From NCBI RefSeq assembly GCF_009914755.1, contig NC_060942.1: DNA of 64,000 bases. One strand, given 5' to 3'. The notes under the pieces were generated by a model. The model saw only the letters and a program-made list of their open reading frames with translations. It had not been told where the DNA came from and made no database searches. Position numbers and translations under genes: made by a program. Positions 1 through 16,329 of the stretch are shown here, one piece after another (positions within the stretch are counted from its first letter, which is position 1; every line of letters starts with the position of its first letter). This stretch comes from the human T2T-CHM13v2.0 reference genome, Homo sapiens.

Positions 1-199
1 TTAGTTATGCATGTAGAATTAAGTAAAACTCTTTTTGTCACTGAGGAACAATGTTTTAGGAAAATTTTAGAATGGTAGCTAATGTGCATAACTATAATTG
101 GCTGTGTAAAAACTGACGAAATTTATAGAAGTTACCTCTTTATTTTTTCTTGTAACACCTTATATTTCTTTACCCTCAAATTTTACAGTAAGTAATTCC

Positions 200-1085
200 A
201 AACATAAACACAAGGCCTTAGGAAAGCAATAAGAACAGAAGACAACCCAACAGAAAAATGGGCATTAGACTTGAACAAGCTACTCACAAAGGGGATATTT
301 CAATAAATAAGGGTTTAACTTCATTGGAAATAAAAATAAGGGTTTAACTTCATTGGAAATTAGATAAAAGAAAAATAAAACTGTACTGTGATACCACTAA
401 AATGTGTCAGATTGCCTAGAGTGTAAAATTGAACTATCAAATATAGGCAAAGATGTCAATCAACTGGCACTTTCATGTGCTGCTGGTGAAAGTGTAAACT
501 GGTACAACTGCTTTGGAAAACTCAGGCAATATCTAGTAAAACTGACTTATGCATGCAGGCCATACATTTTACTCCAGGGCATATATTAAAAAAAATCTAC
601 GAGTATGTTCTCCAAATGGCAAATAAAAGATTGTTTATAACAGTCTTATTTATAATAGTGAAAAACTAGAAACAACTCAATTACACATCAATAGTAGAAT
701 GGAGAAATAAACTGTGGTATAATTATACAACATAGTATATATGTATATATACTAGAGAACTCTATATAACCTCATAAATATTTTTAGTGGACAAAATGTT
801 GAACAAAAGAAGCCATACACACAAAACATATATTGTATAATTCCATTCATATAAAGCTTAGAAACAAGCAAAACTAATGTGTTAACAGTCAGAATAATGA
901 TTACCCTTGAAACAAAAATAGTGACTGGAACAGGCATAAGGAATCACTTTGATTATTGATTACATTCTGGTTTTTGGTTTGGGTACTGGTTACATAACAT
1001 ATTCAAATTGAGAAAATTCCTCAAGCTGGATATAATTTGTATACTTTGTCCATATGTGTACTTCAAAAATATGTACATTAATAGA
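200..1085 (+). mobile_element. Old L1 (L1M, L1ME/L1MD-like) ORF2 end and 3' UTR remnant
   Basis: L1 3' motifs: gacaacccaacagaaaaatgggca, gctggtgaaagtgtaaactggtacaactgctttggaaaa, tgtataattccattcatataaag. Highly diverged; ends approximate. Confidence 0.8.
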
Positions 1086-1380
1086 TTTTTCCAGGAACCC
1101 AAAATTATCCATAATTGGAAATTTGCATCTTCAACATCAACACAGCCATTTTTCTTTGGGTGTGATTCAAGTATGAGCTGAGCTATGATTAGGTCAGTGA
1201 GCATTGTCCATAAATGTACTTCCAATGCCAACCCCAGAGTTATTTATACCTTTTACAGTTGCATATTTATTTTTTAAAATCATTTCTTGAAGACACTTAC
1301 TTCACTGCCTTCTTATCAGTTTTCCCTGTCTATTCTCCTTCATTTATATCTCTTTGATTGTTATAAAGGAGACAGTTTTT

Positions 1381-1678
1381 GGCCTGGTGCAGTGGCTCAC
1401 GCTGGTAATCCCAGCACTTTGGGAGGCTGAGGCAGGTGGATCACCTGAGATCAGGAGTTCGAGGCTAGCCTGGCAAACATGGTGAAACCCCATCTCTACT
1501 AAAAATACAAAAATTAGCCTGGCATGATGGGGGTGCCAGTAATCCCAGCTACTCAAGAGGCTGAGGCAGAAGAATTGCTTGAACAAGGGAGACAGAGATT
1601 GCAGTGAGCCAAGATCGCACCACTGCACTCCAGCCTGGGAGACAGAGCAAGACTGTCTTGAAAAAAAAAAAAAAAAAA
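1381..1678 (+). mobile_element. AluS (AluSx-like), full length
   Basis: Starts ggcctggtgcagtggctcac; central tactaaaaatacaaaaatta linker; A18 tail; degenerate TSD aaggagacagttttt / agaagacagcttttt. Confidence 0.96.
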
Positions 1679-1829
1679 GAAGAAGACAGCTTTTTTAGTA
1701 ATATAAATATAAGTCATTATGTACAAGGAACAGTTAAGAATTTTCCACAAGAACATTTAATGTTAATATAATTTTAAATTATCTAGGTCTTCGACAAAAT
1801 CAATTTTGCGGAAGAAAGTTCAGTAGTAG

Positions 1830-2805
<976 letters not shown>

Positions 2806-5209
2806 AAGGAATAAATTAAAGTACGTAGTAAATAAATTAAAGCATAGATCTGGCTCCTTGAGTGCGCTTGAACTTATACAGAGTTATCAAAAAGATAATT
2901 ACAGTGGCAAAAATGTGAAGACAGATATTAGACTATAGAACAAATGCATGGATGCAAATTTTTAATTCAGAAACATCTCATTTTAAAAGTGATTATTCCT
3001 AAAAGCCAAGAGGTAAGACAAGGGCAGATGAGCATTCACTTGTTTGCAAAAGCCAAAAACAAAACAACACATTTCTTCACTTTATGCCTTTGTGAATTAG
3101 CCACAACATGAAGTTGTTGGAGAAGAACTTTAATTTGATACCTTTTGTGCTTTGGGGATACTTTTTACTGGGTTAGAAATGCTGCTGTTAGAAAAATCAG
3201 TGTCACCAGTGAAGTTATGTTGACCCTCTGGGCAAAGGTGAGATGAAAGGGTCAGGCTGAGAAATGAAGACAAGAGGCGAAATGTGCAAAGAGGGGAGCG
3301 AAATGTCAGAGAAACTTTCTTTTTTTAATGAGCTGGATTTTCTTTCCTGTACCCAGAAAGGCATGCTAAGTTTTGTCTCAGGAGATGCGTAGAGAAGTGC
3401 CTTTGCTGCCCTCTGCTAGTACTCTGATCATCAGTGTCAACAGAGTAGCCTTGCACGCCTTTGGTAGCAACAGAGAAATTGAGAGCCATTCCAGATCTGC
3501 CCAATTACAGTTTATGGAGCCTGGCCTGGAGAAAGCAAATGATCAGCACTTTCTCCTTTCACGGTCTGCAAAGGTTCACTCTGTCCCAGATAGCTTATCT
3601 CCAAACAAACAAACAAAACAAAACAAAACAAACTTACAAGATTGTTTTATTGAGAATCAGACAGAAGACTTGGGCTGTGATTCCCAATTTGCCACTTTTT
3701 CTCCCTAAGTTTGAGTCTTTTAATTTGTAAATAAGAGACTTGAAACAATTTATCTTGGGGTATTTTTTAAACTCCATTGGCTTTTAAATTTGCATTCTCC
3801 AATTACATCTGAGAAGTGTGGGCAAGCTTCTTCATAACTCTACTTTTTGAGAGTAAATAAGAGCAGAGGGAAGAATTACAGAAAAAATCCTAGGATGACT
3901 CTCATATATATGTTGTACAAGATTTGTTTTGACTCCGTTCTGTTTTTGTTTTCTTGCTTGTTTGCTTTATTCTGTTTTGTTTTCTATGACTACCTTATCT
4001 ATTAGATATTACAGAGAACAGAAGGTAATTTTCTTGGTAGGAGAGTAGACTATTACAAATCATCCTACATTGTGACTACGTAAATAACCCTCCCCTAATT
4101 TTTTTCAACACTAGTTATCAGTCAATGTTTCATTCTTTTAAAATCCATCTTCCTACGCACAGAATTGCACCTCACATGCAAGTCTAATCTTGACAATCCG
4201 CTGCTCAAGCACATCTCTGGCTCCCATTTCCTAGAGGAAACTCTATACTTACCTTAACTCTTTCTACCTTTCTTTTACAGAAATTTCCACAATTCCTAAT
4301 GCAATTGGTGTAATATACTTCGCTAACTTGGAATACAAAGACCAACATAACACAATTATTTTTCTCACATGCTCTTCTTAGTAGCAAGTTCCCTATCTGT
4401 CTCCTGACACCGCTTGGTCCTGAATTCCCCAAGTCCCTGAAGGATTACTCAGTTAAAAAGAGTAATTCCAAATGCTGGGCATAAAAGGAGAGACTACTGA
4501 GATCCCCAAGTAATAACTTTTTTGTTTGCCCGCGGGTATCTCTGTTAAATATAGCTTCTACACAAGGGACTATGGTTATGCGCCTTCAATCCAGATGACT
4601 TTTAGCCCATACTTGTGCTAAAAGATTACACTCATGTCCTCCAAAGCCGAGTTTTTATGAATATAAGACTGACCACCTGGAAGCTTCAAGTTTCAGGTAC
4701 ATGTTTTTCATATTAGTTCTGCCTCTTGAGTTCTGAGTCCTTACTTAGTGTCCAGATCAACAGCTGGTATTGTTTCCTCACAGTGACTTACTTACCTTAA
4801 AAGATCTTTTCTTTGCTAGTGAACATCAGCCAGATTCATTCAGTCAACTCTGACAAGTTTCTTGAATTTTAACTGCTAAAGAGGAGAAGTTGAATTCTAG
4901 TTATATTTTTCCCATAAGTGTCTTGGTACCTTAGGAAAATTGTTCCATCTCTTCCCTTGAGCTTTGTATGCCAAAATCAGTGGTCATTTTAGCAACACAC
5001 ATGTGTACACACACTCAAGATGCAGCTATATTTTTTCTCCATGCAATAGGTTGCCTGATGATGTTGGCTTTATATATTTACAGAAGGCCATGCAAATGTG
5101 TGTATGTGTGTTGATTTTTTTCCCTCCAAGAAAAAAACATCTGCTCCAAGGTGAGTAGATGTAAAGAATGTTTAATAATTACATTTTATCTTGTAGTTAT
5201 TATAATATT

Positions 5210-5345
5210 TAGATAGCTATTTGTGTAATTATTGATGACTGTCTTTCCAACGGATTAATAGTTGTGTGTGTATAGGAATAGTAGTATTATTGTTCACCAG
5301 CATCAGGCAGATGATACATGCTCAAAATATATTTGTTGAATGAAG
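5210..5345 (+). mobile_element. L2 3' terminus
   Basis: catgctcaaaatatatttgttgaatgaa matches the L2 3' tail. Confidence 0.55.
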
Positions 5346-5399
5346 TAATGAAGAGCATATAGATCCCCAAAGAGTTTTATAAAATATAAACTGTACATC

Positions 5400-6490
5400 A
5401 AAAATAGGAGGAGGAATTAGTAGGTGGAAGCTAAGGTGTGCACAAAATATTGGAAGTCCCTGACTGAAGCATAGAGTTGGAAGAGGATGGGAAGGTAGAT
5501 TAAAAACATGGAGAGTTATCTTGAGACACTTATAAGCATTATAATGGAGTTGGACTTTATTTTAAGGTCAGTGGAAATATTTTCCAGAACAAAAATTAGA
5601 ACAACGAGTTTTAGAAAGATCACTCTGGCTTTAAAATTGGAGATGAATTGAAAATGACCAAAAGTTGAGTTCACTACAGTAACCTACACAAGCAATCACA
5701 GAACCCTGAATTTGAGTAGCAATCAATAGTGTTTGAACAACTAAGTATATACTTAGAAAGTGGATCTGGCAAGAATTTATAATTGATTACAGGTTGGGGT
5801 GAAGGAAAAAGACAAGTCAAGGTTAATGTTGAGATGTGCATTAACAACTGAAAGGATATGGTGGGAAGCAGGTTCACTGTGCACCGGTTCCCAACTTACC
5901 TGAGTCTGGTGAAACAAGACAACCACACACACAAGTTACATGCAGCAGATTGATTACTTGCAGATAGATAGCAGGGGACAACAAAAGTGTAGCATTCATT
6001 GTGAGCTGATCCTCTAGGGCTCAGGAAAGCTGCCCATGGTGGATGATATCTCATTTGCACATAACTCACTTACCTATCTAAGGGACCTCAAAGAGCAGCT
6101 CCTCTCCAGGTTTTATGCCCCAGGATAATGTGACCACTGGGCTCAAGGGTAGAAGAACACATTGTTTCTAGGGGAGCCCTGGAACAGAGTGCAGCCTTTT
6201 CAGGACAGTCTCTCTCAATCTCAGGATGTTGCATTCCCAGCACATTCTAGTTGTTCTTGAGAACTGTAAGTGAGAAATGAGGGAGAACTGGGTCAGTCCA
6301 AGGCCCCTCCCCTGAGAAATATACAGCAGGTGGTCCCATTCATGGTGGCAAGAGAGGAAACATAAAAGGAGGGAGTTGGAAGGAGAGGAAGAAGACTGAA
6401 TTCACTTTCAACATTAATTTTGCATTCTGTGTACGGAGCTCAGCAAAGAGATCTAAGGTCGGGATGCAGATTGGGGAACATTCAATATAT
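5400..6490 (-). mobile_element. L2 remnant split by an LTR insertion
   Basis: ttttagaaagatcactctggct and similar L2 antisense motifs on both sides of 5860-6325. Confidence 0.55.
5860..6325 (-). mobile_element. Probable old ERV solo LTR (family not determined)
   Basis: About 465-bp block of higher GC interrupting the L2 and ending in ...ACA; minus-strand TATA-like cataaaacc near 6110. Confidence 0.5.
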
Positions 6491-7018
6491 GTCTCAGGAG
6501 TGGCAAAAAGGTTTACTCTTGTATTTGTACTCTAAAATATTGTAACATTCTTGGAGTGCTGAGTTGAAAAAGGACTTTGAAACATATTCTTTCACAGTGG
6601 GGGAAAAAGGTGTTAATTGATTAGTAGAGTTTTTGTCTTCACGTAGAAGTGGGAATGGAAGCATATTTGTAGCATTAATCTAGCCTGATCTGGATTTTAA
6701 TTGATGTCATAGGATATATGACATCAAATGAAGCATGTGTGTAGAATAAAACTGAAAAGCAGTTAGGTAAGCATTCTGAAGTACCCCAAATCTTAGAAAC
6801 ATAAAGACAAATGCTACTTTCTAACGATTTAGGGAATGAGCAAAGAAGTAGTCTTTTGTTATCATTTTATCGCTGCTGTGAACTGAGTGAGGTTAGGGCA
6901 GGCAGAGACCAAAATCCTAAGAAAATGTTTTGGTGCTTCTTATCTTTAATGCTTTTCTTTTGTGTCAACAACATTCCAACATTCTCTCATCTGAGACCAA
7001 CATATTTTTAATCTAAGA

Positions 7019-7320
7019 CAGTACTGTCCAATAAAAATATAACTCTAGCCACAAATACAAGCCATATGTACACATTTATATTTTCTAGTAGCCATGTTAT
7101 TAAAAAGATTTTAAAAGGTAAAATTAAGTTTAATATTATCTTACCCACATATATTCAACATGTAATCAATATTAAACTATTAATAAGCTATATTTTGTAT
7201 TATATCTTCAAAAAAAATCTTTTGTGTAATTTACTCACAGCACATTTCAATATAGACTAGCCACATTTCAAGTGCTCAATAGCCCCATATGGCTAAGTAC
7301 TACTGTATTTGACAGTGCAT
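7019..7320 (+). mobile_element. MER33 (hAT-Charlie non-autonomous DNA transposon)
   Basis: cagtactgtccaata...tttctagtagcca...ctagccacatttcaagtgctcaatagcc...gacagtgca. 8-bp TSD atctaaga / atctaacc. Confidence 0.88.
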
Positions 7321-7639
7321 ATCTAACCCTATAAGGTATTAAAGAATCCCTAATTTAAGCTGCATCAATCCTCTATAACCTTTGGCACCAATTGCCATAA
7401 TGTACTGACAACTTGGTTCTCTGACCAGGTGCCCATCCATGTGTCAGCCTCAATGCCTGGTCCAATTCTTTCTATTAACACCTTGCTCAGGTGCTGCCTT
7501 GGTAACCCCCTGTCTGGTCCTCCCTCACAGATCCTTGTCCTAATCACTGACACTGTCTTGCCAGCATTCTGAGCCACATTACTTACTGCCAAATTTTTTT
7601 TGTGGATCATTTGGTTACCTATCTTCCTGGAACTTTCTA

Positions 7640-7930
7640 TTCATAAATTAATTCAGCATATATTGATTGCCTGCTGCATTCCAGGCCCTCTGGCACTTTC
7701 TTTGTTCTCTGGATACACCATTCTCATAGAATAAGTAAGGGAAAGAGACAAATAGTAATAATCCAATAATCACAGCACTACTGTAAATGTCATTTGAATG
7801 AAATGACATGAGTGAAATGATATGAGAGAACAGAGAAAAGAAAATGTTACTTGTTTGAGGGGACCAATTAATGTTTTCTGGAGCAGAAGTTACTTGGGAT
7901 GAGTTTGATGGATAAATTGGGCTCATTTGA
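7640..7930 (-). mobile_element. L2 3' end
   Basis: attcagcatatattgattgcctgctgcattccaggcc is the reverse of the L2 tail. Confidence 0.55.
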
Positions 7931-9074
7931 AGCCTAACTTCTGTTCCCATTGATATGTCAATTAGAAGGAAATTTGGCTGTGTATAACCCAATACTCAAA
8001 TTAACAGTAGCTTAAACATAGAAATATTAATGTTTATCAGAATAAAAAGAATTCACTTCTTAGTATAGTGTGGTTGCTGAGGATCCGACCCTTGTGCTGG
8101 TGGTCCAGGCAACAGAAAACGGAAAAGATTAAAGTGAGTTCACCTCTAGGCTGAGATAATGTGGATTAAAGGAGAGTGGTCAGTTTATGGGGAGAGGAGG
8201 GCATATAAGGTTCCAGAAAAGAGAGACAAAAGAAGATAATCAGCCAAGAAGGCAGCAAGTTAATGTCATGACAGTAATGTTGTGATTGTAGAAAGAGTAA
8301 TACATATAAAGAAATATATTCCTTTGGGATAAAACAACAATAAAATAAAAACTCAACAGGTACACAATAATACACTATATAAAATTGAAGTATGAGTTTT
8401 TCATTGATTAGAAGGACAATAATTATATCAGGGATGTTATTTTCAATAGCTGTGTTTTTCCAAATTTATTTTCCCCAACTGGAAGATGTCCAGAAGCCCT
8501 CATTCACTTAGAAGGAATTTGGCTGTATTTTTTTTCTGAACTAAAGAAACTGTTTGAAAACTTGGACTGTGTATTTATGGGTTGCTTTGCCAACCTATAG
8601 TGGCAATATCTTTTGAGACACTCAGCGGGGTTGACTTTGTCAAGTGTAACAAAGAATATTTCAAATACTGGGGGCTTGGCAAAATCCTCAGTGAGGTTTG
8701 CCAGGTGCTGTTCCATCAATTTTTAATGCCCATTTTTTTAAGAGACATTTAATCCATACTTATTTCTTACTGCTTTACTTCTTAACTCATCAAAATGTTA
8801 TATTTCAAGAGCTTTTTGATGTGTATGGTACCTTTGGGCTTTTTTCTCCCTTCTTCAAAACAGGAAGTTATGTTAGCCAAAGGGATTTTTTTTTTTTTTT
8901 TAAAAAGGAGAAAACCGTTGAATGTTGAAAAGGGTATTGGTTCTGATTGCAAAAGCCTTGAGGTTTGAATTGGTGCTGAACATGAATGAAATTATCATCA
9001 AAGAAAATAGGAAACTGATTTGTGTGTGGATTTTTAATATAATGATAGATGCAGCATCAGAATATATCACAAAT

Positions 9075-9197
9075 TATTATAGTTTGAATATGGTTTGTCC
9101 CCACGGAAACTCATGTTGAGGCTTGGTCTCCAATGCAATAGCACTTGGAGGAGGAGACTTTAAAAAGTGATTCAGTCGTTAGGTTGGGTTAATGTCT

Positions 9198-9237
<40 letters not shown>

Positions 9238-9508
9238 TTGCAGCTCTGGTTAGTTCTCATAGGAATGAGTTAATTCCCTTAAGAGTTGGTTGTTATATCG
9301 AGGTTGCTTCTAGTGTTTTGTTCTTTTTGCACAGGTGTCTCCCTTTCCATTTTGAGATAGCATGAGAAACTCCCCAAAAGCTGTCAGATGCAGCTGCCCA
9401 ATTTTTAACTTTCTGCACAACAGAACCGTGAGCTAAATATACCTCTTTTCTTTATAAATTATCCAGTCTCAGGTATTCTGTTACAACAACACAAAATGAA
9501 CTAAAACA
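9075..9508 (+). mobile_element. MaLR solo LTR, MST family (MSTC/MSTB-like), with internal (TTA)n
   Basis: tatagtttgaatatggtttgtcccca...aaactcatgttga; 3' end ctttataaattatccagtctcaggtattctgttacaacaacacaaaatgaactaaaaca. Confidence 0.85.
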
Positions 9509-10057
9509 TGGATTACTTAATCCCATCCTCCACTGAGAGCTTGAATCCCCTCTGTAATTGATCCACGTTATTGTCATAACTCAACTTGAATACCTCTGGT
9601 AACAAGAAACTCACTGCCTGCTAAGATGAATTTTTTTCTCCAGAAAAACAAAGAGGTTATAGCCTTAAACTCTTTTCCACTGTAACTCCTATCATTTGGC
9701 TTTTACTTGCTTGATGAAACAGAATCCATGTTTTTTTCTCTGCTACATGACAACATTTTAAATGTTTAAGGACAGCTATGCCGTCTCCCTGGTTCTCATA
9801 TTCTCTAAGTATAAAATGCCACATTCCTTAAACTGTTTACATGGGAAATTTTATACCCATCCAATAACCAAAGAAACCCTTTCTATGCACCAATATTAGT
9901 TCATGTTGCTTTTGACCATTGTCATTTAAAATTAAATAATCTATATGTTGTGCCATAAGCTAAAATAATAAAAGAAATGCAACTCTATTCCTGTATATTT
10001 TCTTTCTATTCATGCAGCTTATATTCCTCCACAAATCTCTATTATCACTCCACTCAT

Positions 10058-10097
10058 TTGACACACATACACCACACACACAACACACACACACACA
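10058..10097. repeat. (CA)n microsatellite, interrupted
   Basis: Directly visible. Confidence 0.9.
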
Positions 10098-10473
10098 TCA
10101 GAAAAGGGACAGGCGCAACATGCTTAGCATGTGGCCTTAGAGACTGTTTCTAAGATTTTATTTAGACCTAAAATGGGTATTCAATAATTAAAACTGACAG
10201 TGAATCCAGGCAATATATATTACATTATATCTACAAACATAATGTGTGAATACATGCACAAATTTATACATATATAATGAAATAATCTAATATCTATACA
10301 ATCTGAGGTTATGAATAGTAAATACCTATATACATACATATATATACACACATACACATACATATATTTACCCCCATAGACTCACATTCACAGCAGTAAA
10401 TGTCTTGAATTTGCTAAATAATTACATCAGGTTTACTACTGAGTGTAACAGCATTTGAAACAAATCAGCCTAA

Positions 10474-10945
10474 GTGTTTTATTGCGGCACTATTCACAAC
10501 AGCAAAGACTTGGAACCAACCCAAATGTCCAACAATGATAGATTGGATTAAGAAAATGTGGCCCATATACACCATGGAATACTATGCAGCCATAAAAAAG
10601 GATGAGTTCATGTCCTTTGTAGGGACATGGATGAAGCTGGAAACCATCATTCTCAGCAAACTATCGCAAGGACAAAAAAACCAAACACCGCATGTTCTCA
10701 CTTATAGGTGGGAATTGAACAATGAGAACACTTGGACACAGGAAGGGGAACATCACACACTGGAGCCTGTTGTGGGGTTGGGGGAGAGGGGAGGGATAGC
10801 ATTAGGAGATATACCTAATGTAAATGACAAGTTAATGGGTGCAGCACACCAACATGGCACATGTATGCATATGTAACAAACCTGCACTTTGTGCACACGT
10901 ACCCTAGAACTTAAAGTATAGTAAAAATGTATATATATATATATA
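10474..10945 (+). mobile_element. L1PA (about PA4) 5'-truncated 3' end: ORF2 C-terminus, 3' UTR and (TA)n tail
   Basis: ORF 10535..10876 MIDWIKKMW...ETIILSKLSQGQK is the ORF2p C-terminus, with a frameshift in the A-run near 10675. Canonical 3' UTR ...gtaccctagaacttaaagtata. Confidence 0.96.
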
Positions 10946-11399
10946 AATGTATAAGGGAAGGGCAGCTAGGTCACAGAGATCTATGGTACTCATCAGGATA
11001 GGTTTATCAGATTTTACACATGCCATGTGGACTTCTCAAATACAATCTTGTTCCCTTGATCTAACATATGTTAATAGGATGCAAAAATTAAAATGATTGG
11101 AAAAGAAAAATCCCTTGTTTCCACTATTATCTACTGTTAAAATCATCCTAAACTGTACACAGGAAGTGTTCTTGAATTTCTTCAGCTGAAATTCTTCTCT
11201 TTCTCCTACATAGATCCATAGTGCTGTATTTCAGTTATCATATAAATCAAATGTGGTGCAGTGTCAGGAATCTTATTTTACACTAAAACAAAAAAGTCTC
11301 TAATCCCAGTGCCAGTGTTAATACTAGGTAACTTGTACAACTTACTGTATGTGTTCTTGACTTGGTTTCCTAAAATAAGAATAGGATCTTTCTCTCAGG

Positions 11400-11434
11400 A
11401 GTGTGTGTGCGTGTGTGTGTGTACGTGTGTGTGT
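11400..11434. repeat. (GT)n microsatellite, interrupted
   Basis: Directly visible. Confidence 0.9.
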
Positions 11435-11989
11435 TAGACAGAGAGTGAAAAAGATAAAGAGAGGTCAGACGAACAGAGGAGAAATTGGTAAGAAAAAACC
11501 ACCAACACTTACCTTTTAAATATTTGATGACAATTATGTTGTTTACTATAATGTATGACCCGTAGTCAATCTTTAATATATATTTACATTTTATCTTTCC
11601 ATAGCCAATGCATGCTTTGTGTTGGTCTAGTCGTCTTTATTGTTTGTCTGTCAAACCACTCTTAGTCACCAACACAAACATTTCCTCTTGGCAGTTTACT
11701 AAAGTTTCTAAAGCACAGATTTGACCAGAGCTTCATTCTAATGAAAAAAGGATTGTTGTATGTATTCTCCATTCCCTGAATTTGCTTTTCATATACCCAC
11801 AGCTCCCCTCAAATCCCCAGAGATTCCGCAGCCTTCGGAGAAATTAAAATCAGATACCACTAATAATTCTATAATATAATAGACTTCAGAACCACCACTT
11901 AAACCTAACAGCCAACAGTGTATGTAATTATAAATTTCTAGAGCCAATTACATTAATATTTAGGATCAAGCTATTTGTCTCCTTTTTTT

Positions 11990-13020
11990 GAAAATTCTAA
12001 CAGATATGACAAGAAAAATACTAGTGGGTAATAATTGAAGAGAAAAAAATAACAAATTTTAGATGATAACAATTATTTTTCAGTAAAGCTAGAATATCTG
12101 TTGAAAACAGAACTGTTGAAGTAGCATAATTAGGTAGAAAAATACAGAAAATATATAAAAATTATTAAATTTATATAAATTATAATAACCAATTATAAAA
12201 TATAATAAAATTATATTTGCAAGTGCACACAAAAAAACATAGCTAAGAAAAAAGTTAACAAGTAGTCAATTGGAAGTTATCTAAACATTACTAACTTTTC
12301 TGATGGATATAAATGTATCCTAAATAAATTTTAAACACAATATTGTAAAAATGCCAATTCTCTCTAATGAATTTAAAAGTATAATGCAATTTCAATAATA
12401 ATTCAAGCAGGATTATTTTGAAAATTAACAAAGTGATTATAAAATATGTGTGTAAGAATAAATGGATAAGGATGTCTTGGAAAGAAGAATGTAATGAAAA
12501 AACTTTACTACTTATTAAGTGTTATTACACAACTACAGGGTTTTGCACATTTATGTGTAATGTGGAAAAAGCAGTCAAAGACATGGCATACAGGTAGTGG
12601 GACAAGAGGAATATGGATTATGACACTTACCGTGAAAGAAAATGATTAAGTCTATGGTGGGCAAGCCAACCTAACAACACACAAGGGAAAGTGAAGCAAA
12701 GAGAATATTCAAGATTTGAGATGAGGGTGGGAGTGGGGTAGATACATTCTGAAGACAGAGCATGGTACTTAAACCAAAGTGACTAAATTTTGAACTTGTC
12801 TATGATTGGGATATTTAGGTTTTGCTGACAAAAGTATTTCTGGGGCAGAATGAATACCCTTCAGTAGATTAGAATATGTTGCCTACTAAGGAACAAGATT
12901 AGATACATTAGAAAAAATTAAGGAAACATTTTCCGACTCTCATTTATGACTGTCCAAGTTATATCTCTTATACATATACACCAAGTTCTCTATAATAAGC
13001 ACATATCTCCTTCATAAAAA
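11990..13020 (+). mobile_element. Very old L1M ORF2 remnant
   Basis: caatattgtaaaaatgccaattctc...aatgcaatttcaata...ttgaaaattaacaaagtgattataaaat matches ORF2 (NIVKM...NAI...). Confidence 0.6.
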
Positions 13021-13085
13021 GTAATAAACATTATATGAAAGATCATTCCAGCAGATCCAACCAGAATAGCAAATCTAATTAGTAA

Positions 13086-13296
13086 TTTTTTTTATTATAC
13101 TTTAAGTTTTAGGGTACATGTGCACAATGTGCAGGTTAGTTACATATGTATACATGTGCCATGCTGGTGTGCTGCACCCATTAACTTGTCATTTAGCATT
13201 AGGTATATCTCCTAATGCTATCCCTCCCCCCTCCCCCCATCCCACCACAGTCCCCAGAGTGTGATGTTCCCCTTCCTGTGTCCATGTGTTCTCATT
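13086..13296 (-). mobile_element. Young L1PA2/PA3-like 3' UTR fragment (211 bp)
   Basis: ttattatactttaagttttagggtacatgtgcacaatgtgcaggttagttac...ccaccacagtccccagagtgtgatgttcccc; near-consensus sequence. Confidence 0.96.
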
Positions 13297-14004
13297 AACT
13301 TTCACAAACAGAAAAAAGGGAAAATACCTGTTATGTTCATAAAGTAATATCAAAGGGAGATAAATCAGCACTTGTCAAGCTTTTGCAAAACTGTTCATCT
13401 CGTTGTCACATTTGGGTAAACAAATTAGAGCAGTGGATAAAAGGAATAATGCTCCCTCACACAGCCTCTCTGATACATACATTTATTTATTAGGCTATCA
13501 GAGAGAGCTAATCTCAAAGGATTCACTTAGTAGTAGAAACTATTGCAGAGCAGAAAGCTTATATAATCCATTATTAGTTAGAATTTGTATCAAAACACCT
13601 AATTAAAAGTTCCTTCTTTCTTAAACTGCTTAATGAAGAGCTGCATCACGACTCCTGAAGTGAGTCTGGGGTTTTCCAGGATTTAAGGATGAAGGAAGTA
13701 AACACATAGCATGATATCTTATTAACCATCACACCGTTCCATGGGAGTCAAAGTAACACAAGCGTTGTTGTGTATTGCAGTAAAATGGGGAAGGATCGAC
13801 TACTAACTATATAACTTAACTCTTAAAGGAAGCTGCTCTTTTCACTGACCTTTTCCTCCCTCAGATATAGATTTTTAAGTTTACTTTCTCTGTTATTAGC
13901 ATTCCCTCCTCCCATTCTTTTCCCTAAGGGCATTCACTTAAATATATGATGTACACCTTTTTTTTTGTTGTTGGTAAATTTTCTTGCAAAAAGTGCATTG
14001 TTGA

Positions 14005-14316
<312 letters not shown>

Positions 14317-14319
14317 ATG

Positions 14320-16260
<1,941 letters not shown>

Positions 16261-16329
16261 AATAATATACAGTTAGAAAAATATACAGGTCACAGAAGTA
16301 CAGCTCATGAATTTTATTGCTGCTTTGCT

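Noticed and set aside
733-754. Hairpin tagtatatat-gt-atatatacta
   Set aside because: It is mostly (TA)n self-complementarity and is not informative.
3373-3730. Overlapping 111-aa and 89-aa ORFs
   Set aside because: Non-ATG starts, they include an (AAAC)n repeat, and I recognise no homology.
4240-5160. Splice-donor-like motifs (acttacc near 4248 and 4790; aaggtgagt near 5150)
   Set aside because: I could not pair them with acceptors and an open frame, and such motifs are common by chance.
10535-10876. 113-aa ORF as a gene
   Set aside because: It is the C-terminus of L1 ORF2p frameshifted into the 3' UTR of a 5'-truncated L1.
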